The position numbers and the translations under genes were made by a program. From the NCBI RefSeq assembly GCF_001194135.2, contig NC_068989.1, positions 41,254,234 through 41,318,233 of the forward strand: a DNA stretch of 64,000 bases, written 5' to 3'. The notes beneath the pieces are model-generated. The model saw only the letters and a program-made list of their open reading frames with translations. It did not search any database and was not told where the DNA came from. This stretch comes from Octopus bimaculoides. Lineage: Eukaryota. This document shows, piece after piece, positions 49,148 through 62,935 of the stretch. Position 1 is the first letter of the stretch, and every line of letters begins with the position of its first letter.

Positions 49148-50019
49148 CTGAAACATAAAAGATAACTCTTTATAATAATGATAGCTGATAGAAATAGTTA
49201 TTGGTTGATTGGTTGGTTGATTGATTGAATTCATCAATCATGTATTACAACATATACAAAGAAGGGGAGAGAGAGTAAGGGAGAGATACAGTGAGAGAGT
49301 AACACAAGAGGTGCAGGACAAGTGGACATATTAGGCTTGGTGGTAGGTAATGAGTAAAAGAACACTACACTCACACACAAAGTGAGAGAGAAAGAACTGT
49401 AAACAGAGGAGGGGAAGGAGAGGAGATAAAGGAGGTGACAGGAGGAGGAGGAAGAAATAGCAGAGTAATTATGGTAAGAGTTATACAAATGAGAAATTTG
49501 TTTTATTTAATATTAGTAATAAATATTTTTTTCTTTCGAAAATTGGTATTCATTTCATCATTTTGTATGAGCACCAAGAAATTTGCTAAAAGTTAGATCG
49601 TAATTATTGTATATGTCCCACATTTTCTGATAATATCCATGACGGCAAAAGTATACTTCCAAAGTTACCCACAATATGTGTTTACATACCTGCAACTTAG
49701 TGGTTCAGCAAAAGAAGTTTAAAGAACCAAACTTTAAAAAATAAGCACTGGAGTTGATTTGTTCAACTAAAATTGCTCAATGCTGTGCCCTAGTATGGCT
49801 ACAGTCTAATAACTGAAACAGGTAAAAGAACTATATGTAAAATATTTTTGCAGATATTTCAATAACTTTGAACTATAGTAAAATAGTTTTCTTTGTGGGT
49901 GGGTGGATGTTGGAACCCCTCAATACCATTTGTTTTATATGTGACAATAAAAATATCTTTAAGGAATTACACCCTTGAATACTTAATCATAGATTCTTAT
50001 TTCATTCCAATCAGATAAG

Positions 50020-50458
50020 CAGATAGATAGAAAGACAGATAGACAAGGAGAGGGCGAGAGAGAGAGAGATCCTTACACCCACAAGGTAAACTACAATGCA
50101 TCTGAGCTAGACAATTGTTTTAAGAAAATTTGAGAATGATTTTCTACAAATTATATCTGCAGAGAAGAGGCAAATGCAAGAAGAAAGTTGTAACTAATAT
50201 ATATATGACCGTGCTCCAGTATGACAACACAACGATCTCTGTCTGAAATAAGTGATTGTAACAAATATATGTGTGGTTGTGGTGAAGAAGGGAGGGACAG
50301 ATAGACAGACATATTGACAGACAGATAGGGAGATAGGTAGACATGCAGACAACTAGGTGGGACAGACAGATAGATAGGTAGAAAGATAAAGAGAAAGAGA
50401 TACATACATAGACAGATAAGATTGATATGCAAATAGGTAGAAAGACAGATAGACAAGG

Positions 50459-50540
<82 letters not shown>

Positions 50541-50890
50541 GCAGACAGACAGTTAAATGAACAGACAGAAAGATTGACAGACAGTGACCAACAGACAAAC
50601 AGATGGACAGGCTGACAGACAGACAAACAGATTGATTGATAGGCAGACACACAGACAGATTGATAGGCAGGGCAGATAGGCAGATAGACAGACAGATTAA
50701 CAGACAGATAGATAGACAGACAGACAAATAGGCAAACAGCCAGATAGGTAGGTATAGATAGACAGAGAGATAGGTAGAAAGATAAACAGGTAAATAGAGA
50801 TATAAGTAGAAAGATAAATAGACAAACAGATAGATAAATAGACAGACAGACAGACAGACAAACAAACAGAAAGATAGATAGACAGAGAGA
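50020..50890. repeat. Large degenerate (GATA)n/(GACA)n satellite tract
   Basis: Directly visible; source of the spurious 279-aa and 184-aa ORFs. Confidence 0.95.
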
Positions 50891-52178
50891 ATACCTCTGG
50901 AAAGCATTCTGTATATGAAACTGATTACAGCAACTTCGCCAATGTTGGGTAGTCAAGGAGATTGTTGCTTCATAAGTGAACAATGCTTAATATCTATCAC
51001 AAAATGTAATAGGACTTTACTTCGGTTCAGATGACTAATGAAACATGTCAGTTATATAATGATACAGTTGAGAACAGCAATGAACTGTATTGCTCTGTGG
51101 TATGTATCTACATCTAGCTAAATGGGATTGACGCAGTGAGAGGAAAGTGTTTTTAACGCAGGACATAATGAGTCAATAGACACAGGTGACAAACCATCAG
51201 GCTTTTGACTGACAGATTGACATCATAATATCTTAGTACTTGTGACTCGCTAAATTATTAATTATGGTAGAGGTGTGACCACGACTGCTCCTCTACTGTA
51301 ATTGTAATATGAAGACTGCTTTGCAAATATGTGGTTTCAGGGCCAGTTTTACACGGCAACAACTTAAGCAAGTGGTCTGTACTATATAGCCACAGGCTGA
51401 CCAATGGCTTGGGAGTGAACATGATGGATGGGAACTGTGCAGAACATTGTGTGTGTGCTTGTGTTTGTACACATACATACGTATGTAAAGGTTAAAAAAG
51501 GTAAATTTACCTTTTTGAGTGATGCTAACTCATAAGGGACAGTTTCCCGGCTTCCACGGCGTATAAATTTCTTACCTGGACAGGACACCTGTCTATCGCA
51601 GGATTACTCATTTTTGCCAGCTAAGTGGACTGGAGCGACATGAAATGAAGTGTTTTGCTCAAGAACACAACTCATTGCCCAGTCCAGGAATCAAAACCAT
51701 GCTCTTACGATCATGAGCCCAATGCCCTCACTATCAAGCCATATGCCTCTACTATATATGTGTGCATTCCAAGTATATAATGTGTGTGCAAGGCTTGCAA
51801 ATCAATTTTAGGACTGAAGATACATTTGGCAGTTCAGAGGAATTATATCTCACAGAATGATCCAATCAATCCAGTGAAAGTCAAAACTTCCGTCTGTTGC
51901 CTGTGTTTCAAACTATGCCTATCTGCAGCTGGACTGAATAGTCATCTGGAATGCCATAGATGGAATGTCTACAATGCCACTGACAACAATGAAGCTCAGA
52001 GAGACAGCAATCATCTGTGAAGACGAAACAATCACCATATATTTAGGTGCAAGCATGGCTGCATGGTAAGAAATTTGCTTCCAAACTACATGGTACTGGG
52101 TTAACCTTGGATATGTGTCTCCTACTAAATCCAACCAAAGCCTTGTAAGGAGATTTGTGTGTGCATGCATGTGTGCAT

Positions 52179-52291
<113 letters not shown>

Positions 52292-54537
52292 ATATTTCAC
52301 TCGTCATCATTTGAGCAAAATAGTAGTGATGTTTATACATCCTTTGTTGACATTAAGCTCAGTCACTCTGCCGAAATCTAAGAGCTAAAAAAATAAAACC
52401 CTTACCTGAAAAGCAGGCAAGGATTGGTGACAGGAAGAGCATCCAACAGAGAAAATCCTGCCTCAAAATTAATTTCCATTCAAACCATTCAAGCATGGAG
52501 GAACGGACGTTAACCCAATGAATGAATAGTCAAATGAAAGTCTCGTCTCTCGCCGTCTCCAGTAGTAACAGAGTTATCTACCTTTACTAAAATCAAAGTA
52601 ACAGACACTTGGCGATGACCAATAACAATCAGATGGAATGTTAGTTTAAATACCATCGAAGGATTTGGTCTTTATACAAGGTAGAAAGAGGGTTTGTGTG
52701 TGGCTGCTTAAACAGCTAGAAATAGCAGTCAAATTTCTTTCAAATCAGAACCAAATGATTTGAAAAGGAAAGATATATTAGATCATAGAGTGATGTAGTG
52801 CTTGATATATAACAATAATCATAAAATTATTGCGTATAGTGCTCAGGTGCTACAACTCATCAAAGGTACATATACAGTACATAGTATTATGTACAAAAGA
52901 CAGGAAAGTGAACAGTATATGAGTCATGATATACATGTGTGCATGCTTGAGAGCCGAACAGGATCGTCACATTTGGAACAGCTTTGATCATAGGACTGCT
53001 CAGTCAGTACTATCCAGGTTTGCACAACAACAAGCAAGTAAATAGGTTTAAGACATTCATTCTATGCACATGATAACAATTCTAATCTATCTATCTATCG
53101 AGCTAGCTAGCTAGCTAGCTATCTATCTTTCTCTCCCCCTCTCTCTTTATCTAATTCTCTCTCCCTTCTCTCTTTCTCTAATTCTCTCTCCCTCTCTCTC
53201 TCTTTCACAAATATTGGTAGATTTTGTTCAACCTATTTTGTTATAGAGTTACATAGATACTCTCAGTGACACTGTCTCCTCCATTTTAAAAGAGGTCATA
53301 TTCAATTGATTACATGGTCTACTGTGTGATGTCTCCTACTCAAGTGGATATCTCACTGGAGTGTGAGTCCCGGAAGACTCAGCAGCTTCATAAGAACCAG
53401 ATTGGATATCAAATAAACAGGGATCAGTAGTCACTGACACTTTTACCAGCACTGTACTGAGTATAAATCTCAAAGGCTCAGTCTACCTAACTGTAAATAG
53501 GTGCCACAATGTGGTATAGCTCAGTATATTGTGTCCATGACTAAGTCATTTAACTGCCAAAGGCTTAGTTTGCATGGTGGTAAATAGGTATCACAATGTG
53601 GTATGGTCTACCAAAGGAAGTGGGAACTGGAGTATAAAATGAATAATTTGCTTTGATATCCAGCCATTCAAATTCACCTGCAAATACACTTTGAAAGGAA
53701 ATAGTTTCAACCATGCTTACCAACCTCTAAATATACAAAACATGAGGTTGACGTCTTCTGCTAAGTCCCTATGGGACTATGGCCATATGCTGACACTACT
53801 ATGACTCAAAATAGTATATGGCTATTAGGAAATGAAACACATTGCATGTGAAAGATAAGATATTGTTAGCACAGCAACATTTGTGTGTTAATAACTACCA
53901 GAGAAAGAGTGGGGAGAGATACGGAGAGGAAAAGTAGGATAGGTGTGAGTGAGATAGAGAGAGTGAGGGTGAGACAAGAAAGAAATTCAAAGGTTTTTTT
54001 TTAAATATCTTCCTAGTGTAACAGCTGTAATCTTGAAATTATATTTATCTTCTTGTCCACTGGATTATATGCATGCGTGTCTGTATGTATGTATGGTTTG
54101 TACTTCATAGATATATGCATGCATGTGTATGTATATGTGTGTGTGAGTGTGTGTCTGTATGTGTCACCATTATCATCATCATCATCATCATCACTAAATT
54201 ACATCCACTTTCCAAGGTGATATAAGCTGGACAGTTCTTCACAATCTGCACCAGTTCCTAATAAACGTTACTGCATTCTTAAAGTGGTCAGGTGAACATA
54301 TCTTGCTAGTATATTTTTATTTTTAGATGGTTTCTACAGCTCTTCCCACCACCAACCACAACCTATCATGCAGTATGTGCAAGTGTGCGTTGTATGTGTG
54401 CGAGTGTTAGTGTGTGAATATGATTGCTTAATAGTTAGCACTACAATCATATTGATCCCTGGCCCAAAGCATCACATTGTGAAGTATTTTATAAAAAACA
54501 TTATGAAACTCTACAGTGATATTTTTTGTATGAAATA

Positions 54538-54937
54538 CTACACTCTCTTTTACTCTTTTACTTGTTTCAGTCATTTGACTGTGGCCATGCTGGAGCACCG
54601 CCTTTAGTCGAACAAATCAACCCCAGGTCTTATTCTTTGTAAGCCTAGTACTTATTCTATTGGTCTCTTTTGCCGAACCACTAAGTTACGGGTACGTAAA
54701 CTCACCAGCATCGGTTGTCAAGCGATGGTGGGGGGACAAACACAGACACACAAACATATATATATATATACATATATACGATGGGCTTCTTTCAGTTTCC
54801 GTCTACCAAATCCACTCACAAGGCTTTGGTCGGCCTGAGGCTATAGTATAAGACACTTGCCCAAGGTGCCACGCAGTGGGACTGAACCCGGAACCATGTG
54901 GTTGGTAAGCAAGCTACTTACCACACAGCCACTCCTG
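54538..54937 (-). mobile_element. tRNA-derived SINE, family 1
   Basis: Near-identical to the 9965-10381 copy. Confidence 0.85.
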
Positions 54938-54972
54938 CACGAGAATTATTCTACTTTGACTGAACTAATACC

Positions 54973-55006
<34 letters not shown>

Positions 55007-55039
55007 TCATCATCATGTACATATATATCATATACATCA

Positions 55040-56270
55040 CATTATCATATATCATCATCATCATCATCATCGTTTAACGTCCGCTTTCCATGCTAGCATG
55101 GGTTGGACGATTTGACTGAGGACTGGTGAAACCGGATGGCAACACCAGGCTCCAGTCTGATTTGGCAGAGTTTCTACAGCTGGATGCCCTTCCTAACGCC
55201 AACCACTCAGAGAGTGTAGTGGGTGCTTTTACGTGTCACCCGCACGAAAACGGCCACGCTCGAAATGGTGTCTTTTATGTGCCANNNNNNNNNNNNNNNN
55301 NNNNNNNNNNNNNNNNNNNNNNNNNNNNNNNNNNNNNNNNNNNNNNNNNNNNNNNNNNNNNNNNNNNNNNNNNNNNNNNNNNNNNNNNNNNNNNNNNNNN
55401 NNNNNNNNNNNNNNNNNNNNNNNNNNNNNNNNNNNNNNNNNNNNNNNNNNNNNNNNNNNNNNNNNNNNNNNNNNNNNNNNNNNNNNNNNNNNNNNNNNNN
55501 NNNNNNNNNNNNNNNNNNNNNNNNNNNNNNNNNNNNNNNNNNNNNNNNNNNNNNNNNNNNNNNNNNNNNNNNNNNNNNNNNNNNNNNNNNNNNNNNNNNN
55601 NNNNNNNNNNNNNNNNNNNNNNNNNNNNNNNNNNNNNNNNNNNNNNNNNNNNNNNNNNNNNNNNNNNNNNNNNNNNNNNNNNNNNNNNNNNNNNNNNNNN
55701 NNNNNNNNNNNNNNNNNNNNNNNNNNNNNNNNNNNNNNNNNNNNNNNNNNNNNNNNNNNNNNNNNNNNNNNNNNNNNNNNNNNNNNNNNNNNNNNNNNNN
55801 NNNNNNNNNNNNNNNNNNNNNNNNNNNNNNNNNNNNNNNNNNNNNNNNNNNNNNNNNNNNNNNNNNNNNNNNNNNNNNNNNNNNNNNNNNNNNTTTTACT
55901 CTGAGTGAGAGTCCCTTTGTCGCCAGCAGAGGTAAGAGCTCTCTAAACTTTGCCCAGGCTATTCTTATTCTAGCAGCTACACTTTCAGCGCACCCACCCC
56001 CACTACTAACTTGGTCGCCCAGATAGCGGAAGCTATCGACTACCTCTAGTTTTTCACCCTGGAATGAGATAGAAGTTGTTTCCTGTTTGTTTGCAGTCTT
56101 TATTGCACCTGAACATCTGCCACAAACAAAAACTAACTTGCTAGTTAACCTGCCTTTGATGTTGCTGCACCTCTTATGTGTCCATAGCTTGCACCGGGTA
56201 CATCTTATAGAGTTACTACCTACTCCTTTTCTACATACTGAGCAGGGCCATCTACCCCTACAAATTATAG
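55040..56270 (-). mobile_element. 5'-truncated RTE-type LINE spanning an assembly gap
   Basis: GRWPCSVCRKGVGSNSIRCTRCKLWTHKRCS...LEVVDSFRYLGD...ARIRIAWAKFRELLPLL (post-RT region), with the common 3' UTR and (ATG)n tail at 55040-55280. Confidence 0.85.
55285..55893. other. Assembly gap (N run)
   Basis: N run. Other gaps at about 4052-4482, 7987-8005, 23142-23241, 24146-24177, 31867-31876, 32113-32122 and 46228-46541; exons could be hidden in them. Confidence 1.
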
Positions 56271-56581
56271 ATCCCTTACAGATCATAATACCAATCAGTT
56301 TTGCACTGCATGGTAAGATCAGCAGATATATATAAAGAAAGACAGAAGATGATGAATGGAAAGGTTGGTCATTTCCCTAAAATTCTGCATAAATACTTAA
56401 ATAAATTTCCTTCTGTATATAAGCTTCTTATACAATCATGATTTTTCATGAACTTAAAATAATTATAAATTTATTTTACTACCTATTTTGATTACTTTCA
56501 ATAGCCTCAGGAAGACCAAAGCTTTGTGAGTGGATTTGGTAGATGGAAACTAAAAGAAGCTTGTCATATATATATTTAACA

Positions 56582-56635
<54 letters not shown>

Positions 56636-57182
56636 TGTCGCCCCACTGTCGCTTGACAACCGGTGTTGGTGTGTTTACATCCCCATAACTGAACAGCTCA
56701 GCAGAAGAAAGCAGTAGAATAAATCCTAGACTTAAACAGAATAAATCCTGGGGGGTCAATTTCTTTGACTGAAACTCTTCAAGGCAGTACCCCAGTACGG
56801 CAACAGTAAAATGACTGAAACAAGTAAAAGAATAAAAGAAAACGTGCACACAAATATATACATACTTGGGTGTGCTTGTGTATATGTGTATGTGTGTGTG
56901 TAACTTAAAAGTATATCTTCCTTAAATTTCTGACAGTTTCAGCCAACATAGCCATTTTCTCTTACATTTCCCTCATTGTCACCCTTCCCTATTACATTCA
57001 CATCATTAAATTTTTTTGTGTAATATTTCTCATACAGCTGACAGCACTTGATTGTCACATCAATCATATTTCTTTAACTTAAGTGCTACATGAAGATTTG
57101 TTTCTTTATGCCTCAAGAAGTTTGCTGATGTAAATCCAACGTTAAGAATAGTGTTAAAATAGAGGATTTAGAAACTATTATA

Positions 57183-57196
57183 GTTTCCATGGCAAC
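57183..57196. promoter_or_regulatory. Canonical RFX X-box motif GTTTCCATGGCAAC
   Basis: Matches the palindromic GTTNCCATGGNAAC consensus; function untested. Confidence 0.35.
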
Positions 57197-57889
57197 AGAT
57201 GCGACCAAGCTGTATAAAACCTATTCACCCTGTTACAAGTCTTCTTGTCTAACATACATCATCTTCAGTACTGACACATCAAAAATAATAATCACACACA
57301 CACACACACACATGCACACAACATATATATAAATTGATTAAAGAATACAGTATTATAGATTCACTTCAGCTGATCTTACCAATCAGTTTTGCACTAGGTA
57401 TTAATTAACCAGATATTAGATAATACTGTTACGTAACACCATGTGCTCTTCAGAGATGACAGGTGTGGAAAAAAAATATTTTTTCCACATTTGCCAAAAA
57501 ATATTTTTTGCTGTTATCTAATATCAAGTTACTTAATACCCAGTGAAAAACCAACTGGTAAGATAAGCTGAAATGGATTTAAATTCTGATTACTAAACCC
57601 ACTCAGCTGACAAATATATGAGTATCCAAAATATATCAAAGAACAGAGTCTGCTGCACAATTTTACAAGACAATGAGGAATGATGGAATAAATGATGTTT
57701 TGCAATGTGTTTAAGTGTATCAAATCAGCTAAAAAATGGAAAGTAAGTCAACTGATTATACCAATATCTTAGAGAATATAGAGAGAAATAAAGTTCTGTT
57801 ATCATGCCAGGTAACAAAGCTTTCTCTCTCATATGTCACTATATGTTACACTAAATCTTTGAGATAACAACAGGAACAACAATGTCATT

Positions 57890-58320
57890 CACCAACGGGC
57901 TCTTGTTTTAGAGAAGTTTGATGAAAACAGTTTTCTTGTTCTAGATATCAGCAAACCTACGACCATGTCTGGCATTCAAATCTCCTATGGGCTCTACCCA
58001 TTTCCCATCTATTGGATTACTAGCTTTCTATCAAACCACTCTACTAAAGTATGTGTTCATGAAGTTCTTTCTGTCCTGCTTTTAACCAACTCTAGAGTGT
58101 CCCAAGGTTTGGTTCTGTTCTCAATTCTTTTCTTTCAATGCTTTGATGACCTACTTGCAACCACATCCAACAACACCTACCTACACTCATGACCCTTCAT
58201 TCCTCTCCAACTTTCCACAACCATGCATCACCCCTGCTCAACCTACACACCACATGCCAAGCTTGCACTGATTTTATAAATGGAGACCTTGAGAACATCC
58301 TTCATTGGGGCCATATCATT
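57890..58320 (+). mobile_element. CR1/L2/Jockey-group reverse transcriptase remnant
   Basis: LDISKPYDHVWH..., YWITSFLSNH..V, SRVSQGLVLFSILF..FDDL: decayed DISKAFDRVWH / SGVPQGSVL motifs. Confidence 0.7.
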
Positions 58321-58860
58321 GTTGTTCGACCATGAAGATTCAGCTTAATAACTGAATTCACATACTCCTGAATAAAGGTGTAAGTGGCTAACATTTCACC
58401 AAGATGCCATACAGTGAGATCAAACCCAGGAACTCATAGTTGCAAAGCTAACTTCTTGACCATACTGCACCTACTCTTAGTCTTATAGTTGACTAGCTTA
58501 AAAGCCAATTTCCATGTGGACAGCAATAATAATAAAGCATTTATTGGTATCCTACCAATATGATATTACTTTAAAATCAGTTTAAATGAAAAACCTGTAA
58601 GGTCACAAATTTTTGGAGTTCTTTTAACGTTTGAATTTTCAATTGTTGGCATATAACAAATCCTCATCCAGACCTGATCCCAATGCTGGATGTTCAAGAA
58701 CCAAATGAAGGGCAGATTTTCAATCCAGGGATCATCCTGAATCCCAAAACATAATATGCATATGTGAAGCAAATTTAGACTGAGATACAGGAGTCTTGGA
58801 TAGATGGACAGACAGAATTTCACATTTATTATTATAGAAGATTAAAACTATATATTATCA

Positions 58861-58953
58861 TACCAGTAAATCAGCACCAGTACCAGTAAATCAGCACCAG
58901 TACCAGTAAATCAGCACCAGTACCAGTAAATCAGCACCAGTACCAGTAAATCA
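58861..58953. repeat. Perfect 20-bp tandem repeat (taccagtaaatcagcaccag) x 4.6
   Basis: Directly visible; abuts the 5' truncation point of an RTE copy. Confidence 0.95.
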
Positions 58954-59380
58954 CTAAGAGCACCGTCCGAGTGTGATCGTTGCCAGAGCACCAGCTGTCT
59001 AGCTTTCGTGCCGGTGGCACATAAATAGCACCATTTGAACGTGACCGTTACCAACGTCGCCTTCCTGGCACTTGTGCCAGTGGCACGTGAAAAGACATTC
59101 GAGCGAGTTCGTTGCTAGTACCACTGGACTGGCTCCTGTGCAGGTGGCATGTAAAATACACCATTTCGAGCATGGCCGTTGCCAGTACCTCCTGACTGGC
59201 CTTCGTGCCGGTGGCATGTAAAAGCACCCACTACACTCTCAGAGTGGTTGGCGTTACGAAGGGCATCCAGCTGTAGAAACTCTGCCAAATCACATTGGAG
59301 CCTGGTTCAGCCATCTGGTTCACCAGTCCTCAGTCAAATCGTCCAACCCATGCTAGCATGAACAGCGGACGTTAAACGAA
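58954..59380 (+). mobile_element. 3' end of the RTE-type LINE
   Basis: Same 3' UTR as the 5898 copy. Confidence 0.8.
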
Positions 59381-60181
59381 CGATTCAGATCTTGTTAAAG
59401 CAATTGTGTTGTTGTGTGGAAAAAAGTATTTAACATACTACATTCTCTAAGTTTTCTGGTTGAACAAAAATTAGGCTCCATTTGTTACTGCATGGTTAAG
59501 AAGTTAGCAATAAAAATGTAAAATTTATTGCTTTCACAAGTAAACTATCCCACACATTGAATAATGAATGGATAACTGCAAAATGAAACAGTACCACATA
59601 TTTGACAATGAATGGATGGCTGCAAAAATTAAACTGTCCCATATATTGAGCAATGGAGGGATAAGATGAATGGTAGGATGGTGATAAAATTTAATCTAAG
59701 CAAAAAATAGAATGGAAGACACAAGTATTGTGAGTTTATTGAGTGAGAGTGAGAAACTGACAGATGCATGGCCAACAATATCAAACTATTACTCCTTTAA
59801 TATGTTAATGTTCATATTGACAAGGACTGTTCTATCTGTATAGTGATGTGAAAAAATACACTGCTGTAAAACTATGAAATAAGCAAAGGTGAAGAAAAAC
59901 ATACACACACATTCGTGCTCACACAGCAGATTGGCAGAGTTGTTGGGGTTTTGGATGAAATGACTTGCAATATTTGTTCCAACTCTCTATGTTCTGTGTT
60001 CAATTCTCACCATATTCACTCTGCCTTTCATTCTTTTAGAGTTAATAAAACAAAATATGCCAACCCAGGGTGGTGAATTGGTATATTGTCAGGACATACA
60101 CTGTGGTATATGTCCTGAGATTTTGCATCCTGCGTTCAATTCATCTCAAGGCTTACTTATTACTTTACTTAACGCTAACAC

Positions 60182-60301
60182 CTAGCACTTTGGGTATCTT
60201 TGGAAGAGACTACTCTGTTGCAAGCATTCAGACTAGGTCTCTGTTTTGAAAATACGTTCTTCATTCTCTCCCAACAGTCTTCAAAGTGCCTTCCTTCCTG
60301 A
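60182..60301 (-). CDS. Tentative upstream exon (x)QEGRHFEDCWERMKNVFSKQRPSLNACNRVVSSKDTQSA
   Basis: Strong acceptor ttttttttattcctcttttag|T and a 120-nt open frame. The donor AG|GTGTTA is weak, and no phase link to exon 49147 was found. Confidence 0.35.
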
Positions 60302-61325
60302 CTAAAAGAGGAATAAAAAAAAGTCTTACACAGACATATCCACATAAAGAAAAGAACATCCACCACACACACATACAAAAAACACACAAAAATACACCAT
60401 ACACATGTACACACACATACACACACATAAACGCACACACACACACACACATCAACATTTTAACATACACTTCTTCTCTCATGAAGATTCATGTGCGTTT
60501 CTAGAAGCAGTAAAGATGAAACAATAAAGAACTAACCATTAAATATCACAGCAAACTGTTTTGCCAAGCCCTGTTGGTCTAGCCATCGAACTACATCAGC
60601 TGTGCTCCATTTTTTTAACTGAAAATACACAAAAACAATCAAAGGAAAAAATTAAGGGTAAGTATTTATTTGATCACAAAACTTTCTATAAATATATCTT
60701 GTAAGTATTTGAAGATATTCAAAAATTGTTAGTAATGATTAACAAAACATTATTATTATTTTGAGATACAATCATGTAGCTACAGTGTGCACTGCCTATG
60801 GTGGCCCTTCACTTTGCTGCCCCTGGACTCCTACAAAAAATACATATTGTACAGTAATTATATGGATTGTTGCATTTAACACTGAGTAGCGTCTGTGTCC
60901 TGACAATAAAACCACTATTATCTGATTTCAATACAGCTTATACAGGCTTATAGCCTACAACAGACTGAAAAGTGGTGCCACTCTCATAAAAGTGTCACCC
61001 GGTGTGGACCTCCTCCTCTGTGCCCCTCTAGCTATGCTAATGAATACAATATGGCGGCAAGCTGGCAGAATTGTTAGCATGCCAGCCAAAATGCTTGACA
61101 CATTTGATCTGTTTTTATGTTCTGAGTTCAAATTTTGCCAAGGTCGACTTTGCCTTTCATCCTTTTAGGGTTGATAAGATTAGTAACTGTGGCTGATGTA
61201 ACTCACTTACTCCCTGACCCGAAATTACTGGCCTTGTGCCAAAATTTGAAACCATTGGTTTGAGATGCAATAGAGTAACAAAAACACAATTTGATCTTTG
61301 ATGGGCTATGATAGGTACATTGCTA

Positions 61326-61702
61326 TTTCAGGGATTCTCAATCATTTTTTTGCCTATGGACCCCTTCAATTACTATTTTATTCTGGTGGACCCCCATAGC
61401 CATTCTATGTTTAATAGCTAGTTTTATAAATACTTCTTTCAAAATTCCTTAATTTTTTCCGCAATAGCCACCACTGTCTGAGAGAACAGGTTTCAGTGGA
61501 CAGATACATGTTGAATTATGTAAAACGTTACAGAAAGAAACCTAACTGGTTCTTGCAATACATAGATACGTCTAACACAAAATCTTTTCATGGATGCTTA
61601 AAATATTACTTCAGAGCCCCAATTTACTATTTTGCTTGTGTGGACTGCCAAAAATCTTATGCAGACCCCCAGGGATCATACAGATCCCTGTTGAGAATCA
61701 TT
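61326..61702. mobile_element. hAT-like MITE
   Basis: TIRs cagggattctcaa / ttgagaatcattg, internal ggacccc motifs. A related interrupted copy lies at ~31260-32379. Confidence 0.6.
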
Positions 61703-62719
61703 GTGTTATTTGATTCTAAACAAATATGCAAGAATTCACAATTGTTCTGGGTACTTGGTAGCCTTCAGCAGTGCTTCTCAGAAGAGGAGTTTTGTGAAAA
61801 ACAAATAAGAGAGGCCTCAATGATGAGTGTTTGTGTGGGGAACAAATCACTTGGTTTGGACAGTCTTCTCTACAAACCTTATTGAAAAATGCCAGAATTC
61901 TTTGCCCATCTTTTTGACAAGTGTCTATTACAACTGTGAACATGTCCTGCTGTACAAGCTGGGGAATGGTAGCGCTGAGAAAGATGTAAGCAAATGGGAC
62001 ATCATTGCCAGTTTCTGGTCTATAACTCTTCTGATCACAGACTTCAAAGTTTGGAGCTGAGGTACTCTTTAAGAAGTTAGTGCTTATTGTTAGTGTCATC
62101 AGTAATATAGTCAATCTAACCATGAGTACCTCCACCTTATATGATATCTCATAGATGGGTGGATGATAAACCTGATTTTGGTGAGGCTCACATCCATTTG
62201 GAACCATTCAAAGCTTTCAGTAAGAGAGACTGTTAGTCTGTCTTATTGATGGCAGTCCTAAATGGAATAGATTTCAGTCCAGTTTGTAGACGCTGGACTG
62301 ATACAGATTACTGCAGTATCAGCACAGTGATCAGTCTAAATAAACCCAATCAAAATCATTTCAAATCATTTGCTTGGTCTATCAAGGATGTCCTCTCACA
62401 CTGCTCTTCTATAAATGTGTTGCTGAATTGCTGCCATAGAAGCAAAAGTTACTGAGGGACATTTTGTTCAAACTTGAATGCAGAACAGCCATTCTGACAT
62501 ACATGTATGGTATCACAGTCATAGACTCGATAGTTCTGGATAATAGATACAGTATATTTCAACCAAAGATATAATGGTCAGAATGAAAATGCTTTTTGAG
62601 AACAGATCTGTTGGGTCAGAGCTGACCTAGGGTTAAACAGCAACAACAACAACAACAACAATGGCAATATGTCGTGCTTGAGTAGAAGACTCATCAAGCC
62701 AAGTGGAACCGTAGTAGTG

Positions 62720-62935
62720 GCAGATATCGGTGTCACACAACTGGTACCCATGCCAGTGGCATGTAAAAGCACTCATTACACTCTCAGAGTGGTTGGCATT
62801 AGGAAAGGCATCCAGCCACAGAAACTATGTCAAATCAGCCCTCAGCTTACCAGTCCTGGTTAAACCATCCAACCCAAGCCAGTATGGACAACAGACATTA
62901 AGTGATGATGATGATGATGATGATGATGATGACAA
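62720..62935 (+). mobile_element. Diverged RTE-type 3' end
   Basis: gtggcatgtaaaagcac..ttaggaaaggcatccagcc..(GAT)n tail. Confidence 0.65.

Noticed and set aside
50144-50983. 279-aa and 184-aa ORFs
   Set aside because: Translations of the GATA/GACA satellite (LSIY/CLSV repeats).
53612-53726. Candidate exon 53612-53677 (tttgcag|...|GTAGAC) and a 6-nt microexon 53721-53726 (tttag|AGGTTG|GTAAGC) as the missing SAM N-terminus
   Set aside because: Neither open frame (VNLNGWISKQIIHFILQFPLPL; EFEWLDIKANYSFYTPVPTSF) fits SAM W..V..WL....L..Y...F spacing convincingly; splice-like signals occur by chance in AT-rich introns.
61716-62560. 163-aa minus-strand ORF and neighbouring non-repeat-looking sequence
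   Set aside because: No recognisable motifs or convincing splice sites; probably an old TE coding remnant, but I cannot assign it without a database search.
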